In this document: in pieces, positions 13,301-26,300 of the stretch | Layout of the letters: every line of letters begins with the position of its first letter | How positions within the stretch are numbered: position 1 is the stretch's first letter | From: Paraglomus brasilianum | Lineage: Eukaryota | Assembly: GCA_910592345.1 (NCBI GenBank) | Contig: CAJVPI010000002.1 | Coordinates: 1 to 64,000 of the forward strand | DNA length: 64,000 nucleotides | Reading direction: 5' to 3' | Made by a program: the position numbers and the translations under genes | The notes under the pieces: generated by a model | Told to the model about the DNA's origin: nothing | Seen by the model: only the letters and a program-made list of their open reading frames with translations | The model's database searches: none

Positions 13301-14910
13301 CTGCGCAATGTAATCCATCAATTAATAATATATATATTATTAACTACTCAAATGGAGAAGAAAAAAACAAACAGGCAGGTAATTAGCATTTATCTAGCAT
13401 AGTATGCTCGTTTGTCTAGTATTAAATCGTCACCAGAACGCAATACAATGTCAGTTTACAACGTCAGTTTAACCCGTCAGTTTAAAACGTCAACCTATCA
13501 ACATTCATCTGCTAACGAATCACTTATTAACCTACTTTACCCGCCAATGTGAAACGTCAGTCAGACGCCTAGCCAAAGACTTAAGAGTTATTATTTGTGA
13601 CACCAGCATTTCCCCACGAGAGAGTGTGTGAGCCCGGAAGTATGATGTTGGGGGAAGCAGAATCACAAAAAGAAGAAGAAGAAACTCAACATGAATCGAA
13701 AAAGACCTTGCGTAGAGTTTGTAAATACCACTATCCACAGGTCACCGTTGGCCTGTGCATGTCCCGATTATAGTTACATATATGTACGCGATGAAATTGG
13801 TAAGTTCTATTTAGTTGGCGTAATCGGATAGACAAAGAACGGGGGAGATACAAGAATGAAGAGACAAAACGGGAGAATAGACGCTTGGATTTCAACATGC
13901 ATATATCAATTCCTATCAACAGAATTAAACTCTGTTGTTCTGCGCAAATTAACCAATTTCCATTCACACTGCATTCTTAGATAATCAACACCCTGCTGGC
14001 AGGTCCTTTTTCAAACGAAACAATCCATATTAATACATACATACATTCTCCGTTACTCTCTTTTTTTTTTACTCGTTTCCGTACTACATAAATTAACTTC
14101 GCCCACCCCCGCCTCCCCCAAAATGTCTCTTTTGTTCAAGAAACAGCAGCACAACCGACAAACATTAAAAAAAACAGTACATATATAAATATAATATCAC
14201 ACATCCAATCTGCAATCACATCTCCACTTACCTCCATTCTCATTAACATCTCACAACTCCTCACTTTACTCGCCCCATTGACGAATCACGAATTATCCTT
14301 GTCTTACCCTGTTCACATTATAAAAAATATACTAGCCAACAATAAACGCCTGTTTTAATACTCTTCCAAAAACCCACCAAAAAATAACTTTCATTTCATA
14401 TCGAACTGCTCTTTATTCCGTCACTATTGTCACTCAAATTGCAGGTCAACTTACGATACTGAAAACAACTTGTTCGGTTACCGATATAGACTAAAATAAT
14501 ATAATACCAAATACTCTGGTTAGCCTCTTTTGACTGTAACACCATATTATTATTGCATTCAACTTTTTACCAGACAGTCTTTACATCTGTCATTTTGCGT
14601 AGGTCTCTCACTATCTTCTTCTTTGCCACAATCCGACAGCACACCCTAGGTATTCTTTCAAAGTCGGCAATTCATAAACACTCTGTGAATAAGTAACCAA
14701 TAACGAGAGGATATTAAAACCCGACTTATAAAAACCCTCTAAAACTAAAAATACACAACGTAACGACTTAAAATCGTAAGAATCTGAAAAGACACCAAAA
14801 AAACGTGGGGGGGAATCAATACCAATACATATACAAACACATACATTATATAAAACCGAAGCACAAGAAGATTATTCCCTCACAATACGCAAAAAAACAC
14901 TCATAGAGCC

Positions 14911-17320
14911 ATGAGCCAGTCACAAGGAACTGCTGACGGTGGGCAGACAACATTGACGGGAGTAGTAGAGCATAAACCAACAAATTTGCTCGTTGGAAGC
15001 AAAGGTAGGAATGGAAATCTATTAATAGATTCCGAGTTTGACTATTTCGTTAGTATGGACTTTGAGTTATTGAATGAGCCGTAAGAGTAGGTCTAGGAAA
15101 CAAAGATTTAAGATGAATAGTATGTAGTAACAAATGGACACTAGATGTATTTCGGGTGGGCGAGTGCCCCAGGTCGAGTAAAGAATTCTCTTTGTGAGTC
15201 GAAAGTAGTGGATTACAGAATGGAATAACCAGCATGTGAGGACGAGAAAGTTTATATAGAAACCGGAATAACGTTGTTGATGACTAGGAAGCAACAAATT
15301 TAGAGAACCAAAGGGGGCGAAACATGTGGATAAAGACGTGTATCAAAGAGATATAAGGCATGGATAGGATGAAGAGGGAGGGAGGGAGGGAGAGACATAC
15401 CACAGAAGAGAGAGAGAAAGAGACTATTAGTCAAGTATGGAAGTAATAGTGGTAGTTATAATAGTCATAGTAACAGTATAACGGCAACGACATTCACAGC
15501 AGCTACTCCAACAACGACAGCAAATGTAGTAGAGAGAATTCATGAGGGGATTTGATGAAAATGATATTGTGTGAGCATGGTTGTGTATCGATAAGCTCTC
15601 TTAATGAGAAGTATTACCATTAATAATGTATTTCAACTCAACATGTTTCGATAATGCTTACCCAATCTTTTTCTCTATCTTTTATATCCCCAAAAACCCT
15701 ATTCTCCTGCTTTTACGCTTTTTTATCCTTGTAGACCCAAAAAATGTCTCAATCTCGACATCCGCCACATCCGCCACATCGACAACCATAACCCCACCCA
15801 ACTCCTCGACCTCTCCTACAATCGTTCATAAAACCTCTTCGTCTCGCGCGCGCAATTTCTTCATTAACATATTCAGGTGTGGTTGTTGGCACGACAATCA
15901 CATTGAAACCGATCAACCAAGCATTATACCGGGAAGTGGTCAACGGAAAGTGAGCAAGGACGATGTTGGTAACAAGGAGGACCCCAGAGGAAAGAATAAA
16001 AACAATGGAGATGATAATGTGAAAGTGGAAGAACCAAACGAATTAACAGAGGAGGATCAGACAATAAACGAAAAAGTACCAGTTGACGTAGTGCAGCCTC
16101 TTGAGGATGAGTTATACGAGCCGGAAACTGATGATGATTTAGAGGTTAGTTTCAATACGAAGAGTTATGTGGGAGAGACTGGCAGATTAGAGAATATGTT
16201 GATATAACTTGGGGAGCAACGATTTGCTGGATAAATGGAAAGTTACAACTTGAGAGTGAATATGCTGCTATCATTTTGGAAAGAGATGATGACCAGAGAA
16301 CAGCAACATTGTAGTAATATCTCGTTGATAGCTTAATATACAATGACTACTCCCACCTCCATTAGAAACTATTGGTACGGTAATATCAATAACTAACTTT
16401 GGTCAATTTCTTTAGGGGAGAAGATGGCTTCTTGACCCTATCGGACCGGAGCATGTTGGACGAAAATGTCTAGTGCTTGACTTGGACGAGACATTAGTAC
16501 ATAGTTCCTTCAAGGTAAGCTTATTGTCCTGAGTTTAGCGTATCAATTATAATGTATTAACGTTTATGCATACTCTCTATTCTTGCAAAATTTACACCTG
16601 GTTGCATCTATTCCCAATGGCGGTTCATCTACTCTAACGTCAGTTAATTCACTCAGCCGATTTCGTAGTACCGGTAGAGATTGAAAGTCAAATACATAAT
16701 GTCTATGTAATAAAACGACCGGGCGTGGATTACTTCCTGAAGAAGATGGGCGAATTATATGAGATAGTGGTATTTACGGCCAGTTTATCAAAAGTAAGTC
16801 TCAGGAGAGGAATTAAACGTGGAGTTAGTCAGTAAAGGCCAAGGTACATGACGATTTTTCCATGAGTTAATATTAATCTTTCTCTGTTCCTAGTATGCGG
16901 ACCCCGTACTCGATATGCTTGATACACATAGAGTTGTTAAACATCGTCTATTTAGAGAATCATGTTATAATCATAAAGGCAATTATGTAAAGGCATGTAT
17001 ACTATTCCTACTTTGTCCTACCTAACCTTTTTTCTTGTCACTCTCGCTCTTTCTCACTCTGCTTTTGTCAAACTCCTTTACAGGACTTATCTCAAATTGG
17101 CCGCGAGCTAAGGGATACAATCATTATCGACAATTCTCCAGCAAGTTACATCTTCCATCCGACAAACGCTGTTCCCATATCATCGTGGTTTAACGACCCC
17201 CATGATACAGAATTATTAGACCTTATACCGTTCTTGGAAGATTTAACGTCAGTTGAAGACGTAATGATGGTACTAGATTGTTCGAATGAGGAACCGCAGA
17301 GAGAAGAGATTGAGGAATAG
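14911..17320 (+). CDS. PSR1: Psr1/Psr2-like small CTD phosphatase (FCP1/SCP, NIF domain), 6 exons
   Basis: Exons 14911-15004, 15735-16144, 16416-16514, 16644-16793, 16894-16992 and 17084-17320 splice in frame. HAD motif [64 protein letters not shown]. Confidence 0.93.
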
Positions 17321-18318
17321 TTAGAGGTGGATGAATTGGGTGTGTGTTAACGAAAGAGAGGAAGACGGTATTTAAGTCTTGTGGTGTTGTGTTGTCGTGT
17401 CGAGCTGTAATGTTATAATGTTAATACGTTGTTGAGTTGTAATGACCCTTTTTAATAGATTGTATTCAAATGCCAATCATTTTCATAATAATATCATATT
17501 AAATAAATCTACGATCGCGTAGCGAAACCAATTTATCGTCTACGATTATTAAATTAGACTCATTCACTAGGAGTAGCTGAGAAAACGAGTATAGGGAATT
17601 CCTTAAATAGATGCGTAGAAATTTATTAATTAATACACTCTTCGACTAGGGATTATTAATTAAGTGTTGTTCTAATAATAGTTTTATTCGTGTGTGTCGA
17701 TGTGTTTGTTGCTGAACGGAAGTGTCTCGATTGCTTGGGAGGCTAAATTAAACGGATAGCGGAAGTTAGGTTAATATCTAGCTGATGCTGAAGAAATAGT
17801 TCGATTATCGGTGCAATATTTTAATTATATAGCCTAGCACAATATTTGAGTTGGCAATAGGAGATATACGAGTCCGCCTGTAAATTTTAGCTACACTTCA
17901 ACTAATGCGGGCGACCACGTTTAGAGCTAAATTTTTTGGGTCTCCCACGTGACCTAAAGATAAAAGTTCAGCTCGTGTGATAAAGGAAACGCAAACATGC
18001 GATTAATGCCTTACTCCCCCAAAATTTGTAGTCTAAACTTGCGAACGTAGTGTCTAAGGCTGAAAACCTATGCAAAATTAATATTAAGTTACGAGATTCC
18101 ATATTGTCACATACTTTTCGACGTTATCACATAAATTATATAAATCATTGTAATTGGTGCGAGAGATTAATCCTAATGTGACAATCCCGAACGGGTCAAA
18201 CTTAAACTATTAATATTAATTTAATTTATCACCTGATGATATTAGTTCAATTACAGGGATGATTTAGTATTAGCTTTATTTAATTCTATACCATAAATAT
18301 GCAAGGGCAATTGATGAA

Positions 18319-20502
18319 CTAGACACGAAAGTTGGATAATCGATTATAATCTGTCCCGTATCGCCTACTACTACGAGCGTTCGTTTGACGTTCTTTCGAG
18401 GCTGGAATGTATTTGTCACTATTCCGACTATCTATCGAACGCTCTCTTTTGTCTTTTATAAAGACGTTATGATTCTCCATATATTTTGCGATCGAATCAG
18501 CAACACCATCTTTTCCTAATACATCGCAACAACTCAAAAAAATGTCAATGTCCTCCTCGTCAGGCACGTAATTGAATGCAGCCATCTTGTGCCAGATATT
18601 AAGCGCGTCTTCATACAGTTCAGCGCTATAGAAATTACTTGCCAGAACGCTGAGTATAAAATGGGTCGGTTTTAGTTCCCGCTCACGCATCTTTTTGTAC
18701 CACCTCCATGCATCCCTCAATTTCCCCGCCTTGCAAAATCCAGTTATTATTTGCTGATATATTTCAGCGTTCTCGTTAATCGCATAGTTGACCCGCATTT
18801 CCTTGAGATATCGTTTGATGACAATGTCGTCTTTATGCTGGGCAGCAAGCCATAGTATAAGCCTAAACGTAATCCGATCAGGTTGCACGTTGAGCGATTT
18901 CATCCTTTCGTACATCGACTCGGCCAGTTCATAATCGTCGGCTTCTTGAGCTGCCGTTATAAAAGCATTAAATGAGCCTGCATTCGGCTTAACCTCCGAC
19001 TTTATCATATTCTCCAACACTTCAAATGCAACCTTTAAATTTCTGTCAGATAAAAGCCCATTAACGATATTAGAATACGTATAAGTATCGGGTCTCACTC
19101 CTTCATCCTGCATCGAGTTCAAGACACGTATAGCATTTTCAAGATCGCGTAATTTGACGTGCACATTGATTAAGAGCGAATATGTAACTGCGTTTGGTTT
19201 TACTCTTGAAATTACCATATCTTTATAGATATCGAGCGCTTCGCTGTAATTTGACTCTACAAGAGCATGATTTAAGAAAGCGTTGTAGTCTCGAATAGTT
19301 AGCTTTGCCTTCACCAACTTCAATTCTAACATCCCATTCTTCCCCTTCCTTCCCAACTGTTCATAGATAAAAGCGTCAGGAGGAATACCAGCAACTTTCA
19401 TTTCCTCAAATATTTCCAATGCTCGCATCCTATCCTTGCGATCTATGAACCCTTTGATAAGCGTATTGTAAGTTACTATTGTTGGAATTAATCCAGCGTT
19501 TTTCATTTCCGTAAAGTATTCCAATGCAAGGTCCATACGAGGGTGATTATGAGCGCAAACTTTAATAAGTGTATTATATATCTTTTCATCGGGCTGAAGT
19601 TGCTCATTTTTCATCAGTTCGAAAAAAGCCTTTGCTCTCTCGATGCGTGTCTCGCCTCCGTATACGTTGGTTGTCTTTCCGCATGCATCAATCATAAGAG
19701 TGTAAGATCGCAACGTGCGCAGAATTTGGCGCTCTCGCATTTCGTCAAACATCAAAATAGCGTTCATTGGAGACCCTAGTTTCGAGTGAGCTTGAATCAT
19801 AGTGTTATATGTTACGGTATCTGGAAAGATTTCGATCTTTTTCATTTTCTTAAACAATTGTCTCGCTGATTCCAAATCTTTCAACTCCACAAACATCGAA
19901 ATCATGATATTGTATGCTGATGTAGCTTTGTCACGTCTATCACTGAATATCGTACGCATCATCTGTGAGACACCGGGTTTTGAAATATGTGGTTTGAACG
20001 CTGCAAGGAGTTGATTAAAATCTCTCTCTTCCATCTGCTGTAACTGTACGGGATCTGCATTTTTGTAATCTTTCCAGATGTCATCAATGTCACGATCAAT
20101 CACGTCTATTCGAAATGTCTTTTCCTCTTCTTTCTTGGAAACATCCGCTTTTGTGCCTATGGTCGATTTCATTATTCGTTCCTTATGGATTGACAGATCA
20201 TGATCCCGTAATGATTCGCTTTCAAGTTCCGGTGTTACAACTGGTATTATGCTCTGGCCTACATCACTTGTTCCAGCATTAGGACTAAACACTGCATCCT
20301 TAGAAAAAACGCCTATAGAAGTGGAAATGCTGTGGCATTGGCTTATGTCTTTGCGGATAATATGCGATATATTGTGCTCGAGTCGGTTTGGTCGGATAAA
20401 GTTGAATGTCCTTCGAGTACTTATAACACTGATGATCCGTCTGTTTCGAATAAACGTTAACATGAAATTATTGGAAATCAAGGCTTTTGAGGCGTGATGC
20501 AT
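18319..20502 (-). CDS. Pentatricopeptide repeat (PPR) protein, probably mitochondrial, single exon, 727 aa
   Basis: Uninterrupted ORF with roughly a dozen ~35-aa repeats (e.g. PDTVTYNTMIQAHSKLG..AILMFDEMRER, PTIVTYNTLIKGF, PNAVTYSLLINVH). Arg/Ser-rich, acid-poor N-terminus like a mitochondrial presequence. Confidence 0.95.
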   Translation of the reverse strand: MHHASKALISNNFMLTFIRNRRIISVISTRRTFNFIRPNRLEHNISHIIRKDISQCHSISTSIGVFSKDAVFSPNAGTSDVGQSIIPVVTPELESESLRDHDLSIHKERIMKSTIGTKADVSKKEEEKTFRIDVIDRDIDDIWKDYKNADPVQLQQMEERDFNQLLAAFKPHISKPGVSQMMRTIFSDRRDKATSAYNIMISMFVELKDLESARQLFKKMKKIEIFPDTVTYNTMIQAHSKLGSPMNAILMFDEMRERQILRTLRSYTLMIDACGKTTNVYGGETRIERAKAFFELMKNEQLQPDEKIYNTLIKVCAHNHPRMDLALEYFTEMKNAGLIPTIVTYNTLIKGFIDRKDRMRALEIFEEMKVAGIPPDAFIYEQLGRKGKNGMLELKLVKAKLTIRDYNAFLNHALVESNYSEALDIYKDMVISRVKPNAVTYSLLINVHVKLRDLENAIRVLNSMQDEGVRPDTYTYSNIVNGLLSDRNLKVAFEVLENMIKSEVKPNAGSFNAFITAAQEADDYELAESMYERMKSLNVQPDRITFRLILWLAAQHKDDIVIKRYLKEMRVNYAINENAEIYQQIITGFCKAGKLRDAWRWYKKMRERELKPTHFILSVLASNFYSAELYEDALNIWHKMAAFNYVPDEEDIDIFLSCCDVLGKDGVADSIAKYMENHNVFIKDKRERSIDSRNSDKYIPASKERQTNARSSRRYGTDYNRLSNFRV

Positions 20503-20777
20503 AATAACCCAAATGTCAGTATTTTATAAGAGGCAAGAATTGACCAATTAAGTATACGCATTCATTCGAAAAAAAATTTTTTTTCAGGTTGATCACAGAG
20601 CCGTGAATCTTTAACTTGTTTCCTAAGCAAGAATTGAAGTCATGCTAAGAGAAATTTGTCCGCTGTTATAATCCCAGATCTTTTTTCAATGGTTTATATT
20701 ATGCTCTTAGGTTTTCGACGAATCATACAGCGGGAAGGGATTCATATATAATCTATAGTCATGTGATCAACAATATA

Positions 20778-20951
20778 CAAGTGGCTCTCGATATAAGAAA
20801 GTGATCGGGGCTCAACAAATTCCTTTCTTATATCGAAAATCTCTTATAACGAGAGTCATTTGTTATAAGATTTTAAATCGGGTCCAGCAAAAATACTTTC
20901 TTATATCGAAAGTTTCTTATATCGAAGGGTTCTTATATCGAGAGCCACTTG
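20778..20951. mobile_element. MITE, Tc1/mariner/pogo-type (174 bp)
   Basis: TIRs CAAGTGGCTCTCGATATAAGAA...TTCTTATATCGAGAGCCACTTG with TA at 20776-20777 and 20952-20953. Several internal TTCTTATATCGAA copies. Confidence 0.85.
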
Positions 20952-21639
20952 TACTATAAACCGGTTAAATACCCCAGATACTTTACCAAAATGGATGAGA
21001 AGTGACTAGTATAAGACCCGGTACTAATCAAGGGGGGTACTATACCAGGGGGGTAGAACCAGTGCTATACGGTAATAACGCGATCGAGATTTCTATTGGT
21101 TATCAGCATGTTAATAACCGATCGATTAAGGGCATCATTCTCTTGCACTTAACAATTATGATAATTGCAGAAATAACTCATTGGGGACTATTAATGAAAG
21201 ATATTAATCTTTCAATAACAAGTAACAATATGAATGAAAGAGATTTTATTCATTTCATCTCATAATCGCAGGAAAAACAGACGTAGCCGTGATCGAATGA
21301 TGAGATTGTATTTTCTTTAGGTGTGTTTCAAAAACTGAACTGTAATTATAGCATCTGACGCATCGTCACCAAACCATTCATTCAACAATGATCTAATTTA
21401 ATGTCAATAATAAAGTTTATGCGTTTTTGGGGCAGCACTCGCACTCATCCGTCGACGACGAGAGAAATAACGAAGGGAGTGGATCTTTTGCTGAATGTGT
21501 TGTGTGGTAATATCATGGGCGAAAAGGTGGGGGCGGTCGTGTGAGGAATATAAACAATACAATACCAAGAGAAGGTAGTTATTGCACGCATGGCATTCTG
21601 CGTCGACAGCGTTGCGAATACCAATTGAATACTAAGTTC

Positions 21640-22930
21640 TCTAACTGAATAAACATGCTAGGCGCGTGATTGTCTTACCTATACCTTGCATTGATAACAG
21701 ATGCAATGGAGTCGATTTAACTTCACAGCGGACAGTCCTCGAGGTAGAATAGTCGGCATTACTTAAACCATGACTGCAGATAAGAAAATCGAAACGAAAT
21801 TATTGTAACATTTGGAAATGTCTGTATAATGAATTTTCTATTGTCTGACACTCTCATTTCAGATGCTGACCGTACCTCTCCATTTCGTAACCTCTAGGGC
21901 CAGAGAATTTTCTTGAATTCACCAACGCCCGTGCCGTCTACGCGATTTGTCTGCGTAGAATTGTAAAAACGCGAATAACTACAATGCGCACTATTCCGAC
22001 CAGACCAACGTTCCAACGTTGGATGACACGTGGAATCGAAGAAGATCATAAGCGATGATGCAATAAAGTCTAGAAGATGGTTAAAGTCTTGAATAAGAGC
22101 TGTGGTAGGATGGGAGGAAAGGATTGTTGAATATGTATGTTCGTGTGAAGCTGCTCATGCTTATCTTAATGTCTTTGATTCTGTCTAGGCTGCCTGACTT
22201 CAACGGAGTAACCAACCAAATCTTTACGTTGAGATATTAACGTAAATGAACGCAGCGTGGAGCTTCTTTAATGGATTTTATTTTCGGGAGTAAAAGATGG
22301 AGTTGGATTGTTAGGTGATGGCGGAATTAGAAGTGGTAACCTCATTAAGACAATCGCATCCTACATTGTAGTTGTTGCGCTGGAGACATCAACGATCTCT
22401 GCAAACCCTACGAATTGTGAAGTATTCGGAGCAACAGTCAGTTGAATGTCTTGCGAATGAAACAAAAGTGCGTCTTGGAATAGAGTGTCTTCTGAATCAC
22501 CCTTTCCAATCTCGACTAAATTATCGAGAAACGTATTTCGTATGATCGAATCGTAACTGGCCAAAAGTTTGACATTCGGAAAAATCTCCCTGCAAGTAGA
22601 ACAAAACCCATGTGACACCAACGCATATGCGTCTATGGTCTCAATACGCGATATTCTGAAGAGTGTAAGTTTTCTGTACGCAGGTGGCGCGTTAGAAAGT
22701 AACGATGCTCCTTCCTGCAGCTTCATTTCGTCAAACAAGAAGACAAAAGCAAAAGAACAACTTATTATCGAGAATAGCGTAAATCAATCGTCGTTTTCCA
22801 GATTCGCTCTCAGGAAACACCTTGAGGAAAACCTTCACGCTTCCCAAATCTACCAGACTCGCCCCTTGAAAGATCCATCAAATCGGTCTGCATAATACGT
22901 TCCCAAACTCTCGCCCAAGATGCAAAGCCC
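21640..22930 (-). pseudogene. Unidentified spliced gene relic
   Basis: 125-aa coding-like stretch (22361-22738) plus downstream exon-like segments with plausible GT/AG boundaries, interrupted by stops. No recognisable domain. Confidence 0.3.
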
Positions 22931-23359
22931 GTAAATTATATATATTAATATGCTATAACTATTCAGACCAAATTATTCCTGGGAAGATTGTTCCTAGTAG
23001 CTAATCTGGGGCTATCTCCGGGATGCGTTGTTTGTTATTCGCAGTGATCCCAATACCAATAAGCTCGATCGAATGCCTTGGTTCACCTTGATTCCAATAA
23101 TAATAACCAAAATGAAGTGGGAAATTGAAATTTGGCACTAGTCAAAAATTATAATTATGCGCCATTATATTACAATTAAAGAAATTCAGGATATTGCCAA
23201 CTAAGTGAGCATGAAGTAGGAAGTTGAACAGACATACTATTGCCAAGCTCAAAAATTAATATATACAACCTATATAACCCAACTCATTTCATATTCATAA
23301 GGAACATTGTTACTACTGGGCTTGAGAGAATTATCTTTATTCGCTTTGTGGCATCATAC

Positions 23360-26300
23360 TTATCGAAAGCGGTTAGGATATTCTCGCCTCAATTGTCGCA
23401 AGTTGGCTAAAGATGCGAGAGACTGGCATAGGAAATCATGCAAGCCATCAAACCCCTTCTCTAACAAATAATCCAAAAATCGCACTCGATATTCACCGTA
23501 TGCTATTCTTGATTCGACATACTATCAAAAAGAACGTTACGTTTGATTAAGACATATCACCTCGGGAAATAAACAATTTAATTCCTTTTTTTTTTCAACT
23601 TACGTTCTCGTTCTCTTTGGCAACGGGATATGTAACTGGACAGGTAAGCATTCTCGTTATTTGCGGAGACGATCTCTCCAATTGCTGTGGGGCAAAAAAT
23701 ATATTGCATGTTATAATAGAAATATTTGATTAACGTTAACCAAATGCTGTTTTTACCTTAAAGCAGTCTTTCGAATATGCCGATAATGCAGGCGCAAGTG
23801 TAAGCGAGAAAGAAGATCCAACTTGTTCGCCGCATATTCCTTTTATAACTTCGATAGTTTCGCTAAGTAGGTCAAAGGAGATGACATGAATTTCTCGTTG
23901 ACATGCTAAATGATTTGTGATTTGAATACATACTCTTCTAACTGGAATCCTCTGGAATTTCGGTCGACCTTATTGAAAGCCCTGTTTCTCCATATGCAGT
24001 TGCACAAGTCCATAACGAATGAATTGAAATAATTGAGATAATCTCGATTATGTCGAATAACACCTCTCTGGCCAATACGCTGATCATTAAGATCAAAGGC
24101 TTCTTTATAGCTAATGTTGGCAACAGATTAGTATCATGAAACGTCGGCAACTTCAGACATGACAAGAAAGTACGTACTGTAATACAACATTGCATATTCT
24201 AGATAGCGGCATGCCGGAAACAGAAAAGAAGCAACGATAGATTGTAGCAGATGATGGAATAATAATCCTGCCCCAACTGTGTTCTAATTGCAAGGATGAT
24301 AAGGCCTCATAGAATAACAGTATCGCATGTTGGATCTCAACGTTATCGTTTTCAACCTATAAAGAAATGTTGGCGTATTCAGAAACGTCGTCATATCGTG
24401 TAAATTATTTAACGAGAGCTTATAAATTATCACAAACCTCAAGAGCTAGCAGTGCTACTCGATCTACGTAAGTAACAAGTCTGTTAATGCTTTTCACCAA
24501 TTCTGCTGGCCCTAATTGTGTTTCCCTACGAATAAGATTCAATTAAGTTATGACGATAACGCAAAGTACTCACGAAAGCAGTAGAACCTGCTTACATGTT
24601 TTGATGACGAGAACTTCCCTGGAGCCGATAGAGAAATACCCAATATTTAAGCAGCCCAGTATAGGATCGTAGCAGTCTCGCCTAACATTAGATTTAAGTG
24701 AGTAGTCAATCGAGAGAATGCAAGTACAAGGAATGACTATCTATATACCTTCCAAGTGACAGATGAGACACAGAATAACCTTTTTAGTGGTGCAAGGAAG
24801 GTTCTGTAAAAGTCTATCGATAAAGCAAAAAGTAAGTCAAGTAGATCACATGTTATAATTTCAAGGATTAGGTGATAGAACTGACCATCAAACGGCTCTG
24901 GCTTCACATACTCAAGTAATTGGAATATGTGTTTGCGGTGAAGCTTACCGTCCCAGCATTTAATATATTTGACTAGAAAGCCATTGAATACTGGAAGTAA
25001 TTCCTTAATTGATAGAAGTATATAAATACTTGTCCATGGCATTTGTAAAAATCATCTACTAGCGTCAGACGCCTTATTATATTATACCTACTTTCATGAA
25101 CTCGGTCATTCTCACAACTTTGCCGAGCAAATCTCCTAATTTTTCTTGTGTCTCTGGTGTTTGATCGCTCCAGTATAATAGCTCCATTATACATTGATAT
25201 AGCCAATGGGAAATTCGTGCTTTCGTCGTTTCTAAAAATTGTATAGGTATTAGTATAACGTCGTAGTTGCAGTTGTGATATTCTTCGAGTTAGGATTCTT
25301 ACCATCTGGATTACATGCAACCATGTGCTGTAACATTCGATTATCGAGAACTGCTGCTAATTGAGAGGGTAATTGTAGCTTATCGATATTTGATACAAGA
25401 TCTTTGAAACTTCCCACTTCTTCTAAAGTTACTGATTTCTATTATTGATAATGTAAGCATGGGCACAAAGTACGTTCCGACAACTGCTAGCCGACACTCG
25501 TTACTTACTTCTGTGACATCAAGGGTGCGTGTCTGGGGTATTTCAACATGACGCGTTTTCCTTTTTTTTGCCTAAGCAGACAGACAAAGTTATTATAATG
25601 AACGCAGTTGGGGCACAGGCAATCTTTTGATGTCAATTACCACACTAGGTCCCACACTAGATTCCTCACTACTAAGTTCCTCACTAAGCTCCTCACTAAA
25701 TTCCAAAGCTGTCTGCTGAGACTCCATCGTCGAGAGGCTTGCTTCATTGCTCCATCTTTTCTGAACCTCATCAATTATGTGCTTCCATTCGACATCCGGA
25801 CACTAATTTTAAAAACAAATGGTTTACAATCGCCGAATGTAATCAGGCTACAAGGATAACAACGGTTGGTGATCGATACCTTGAATATTAATTTTCTTGA
25901 TTTCGGAATTTCTATCAGGACAAGATTAGGAAAATAGCCCTTGTACACTGTCAATAAACCCATAAGAGGTGGATCATCCCCAATTCTGCTTTGCAAATCT
26001 AGGCTGCAGACAAGCAAATGGTCAAGGTGAAAAAGAAACTCGTGGACGTAGAAAACTGCACATACGAAAGTATGAAAAAGAGTTGAATTACAGTTTGCGT
26101 ATCCGGTGCGGTTTAACATTTTCACGTTGTGTCATATAATAAAGCAGTTGACAACACATTGGCCTGTTTTAAAATGTTCATAGTGTTAGATTATATTCAA
26201 TTACAAGAAATGCACAGAGATTACCTTACCTTAGCGTATCAAATTCTAAATAATGAAAAACTACCCCGTACAGTAGTTGCAATTCCTCATGGCTATCCAA

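Noticed and set aside
19543..20497. Plus-strand ORFs of 70-82 aa
   Set aside because: Antisense shadows of the PPR gene.
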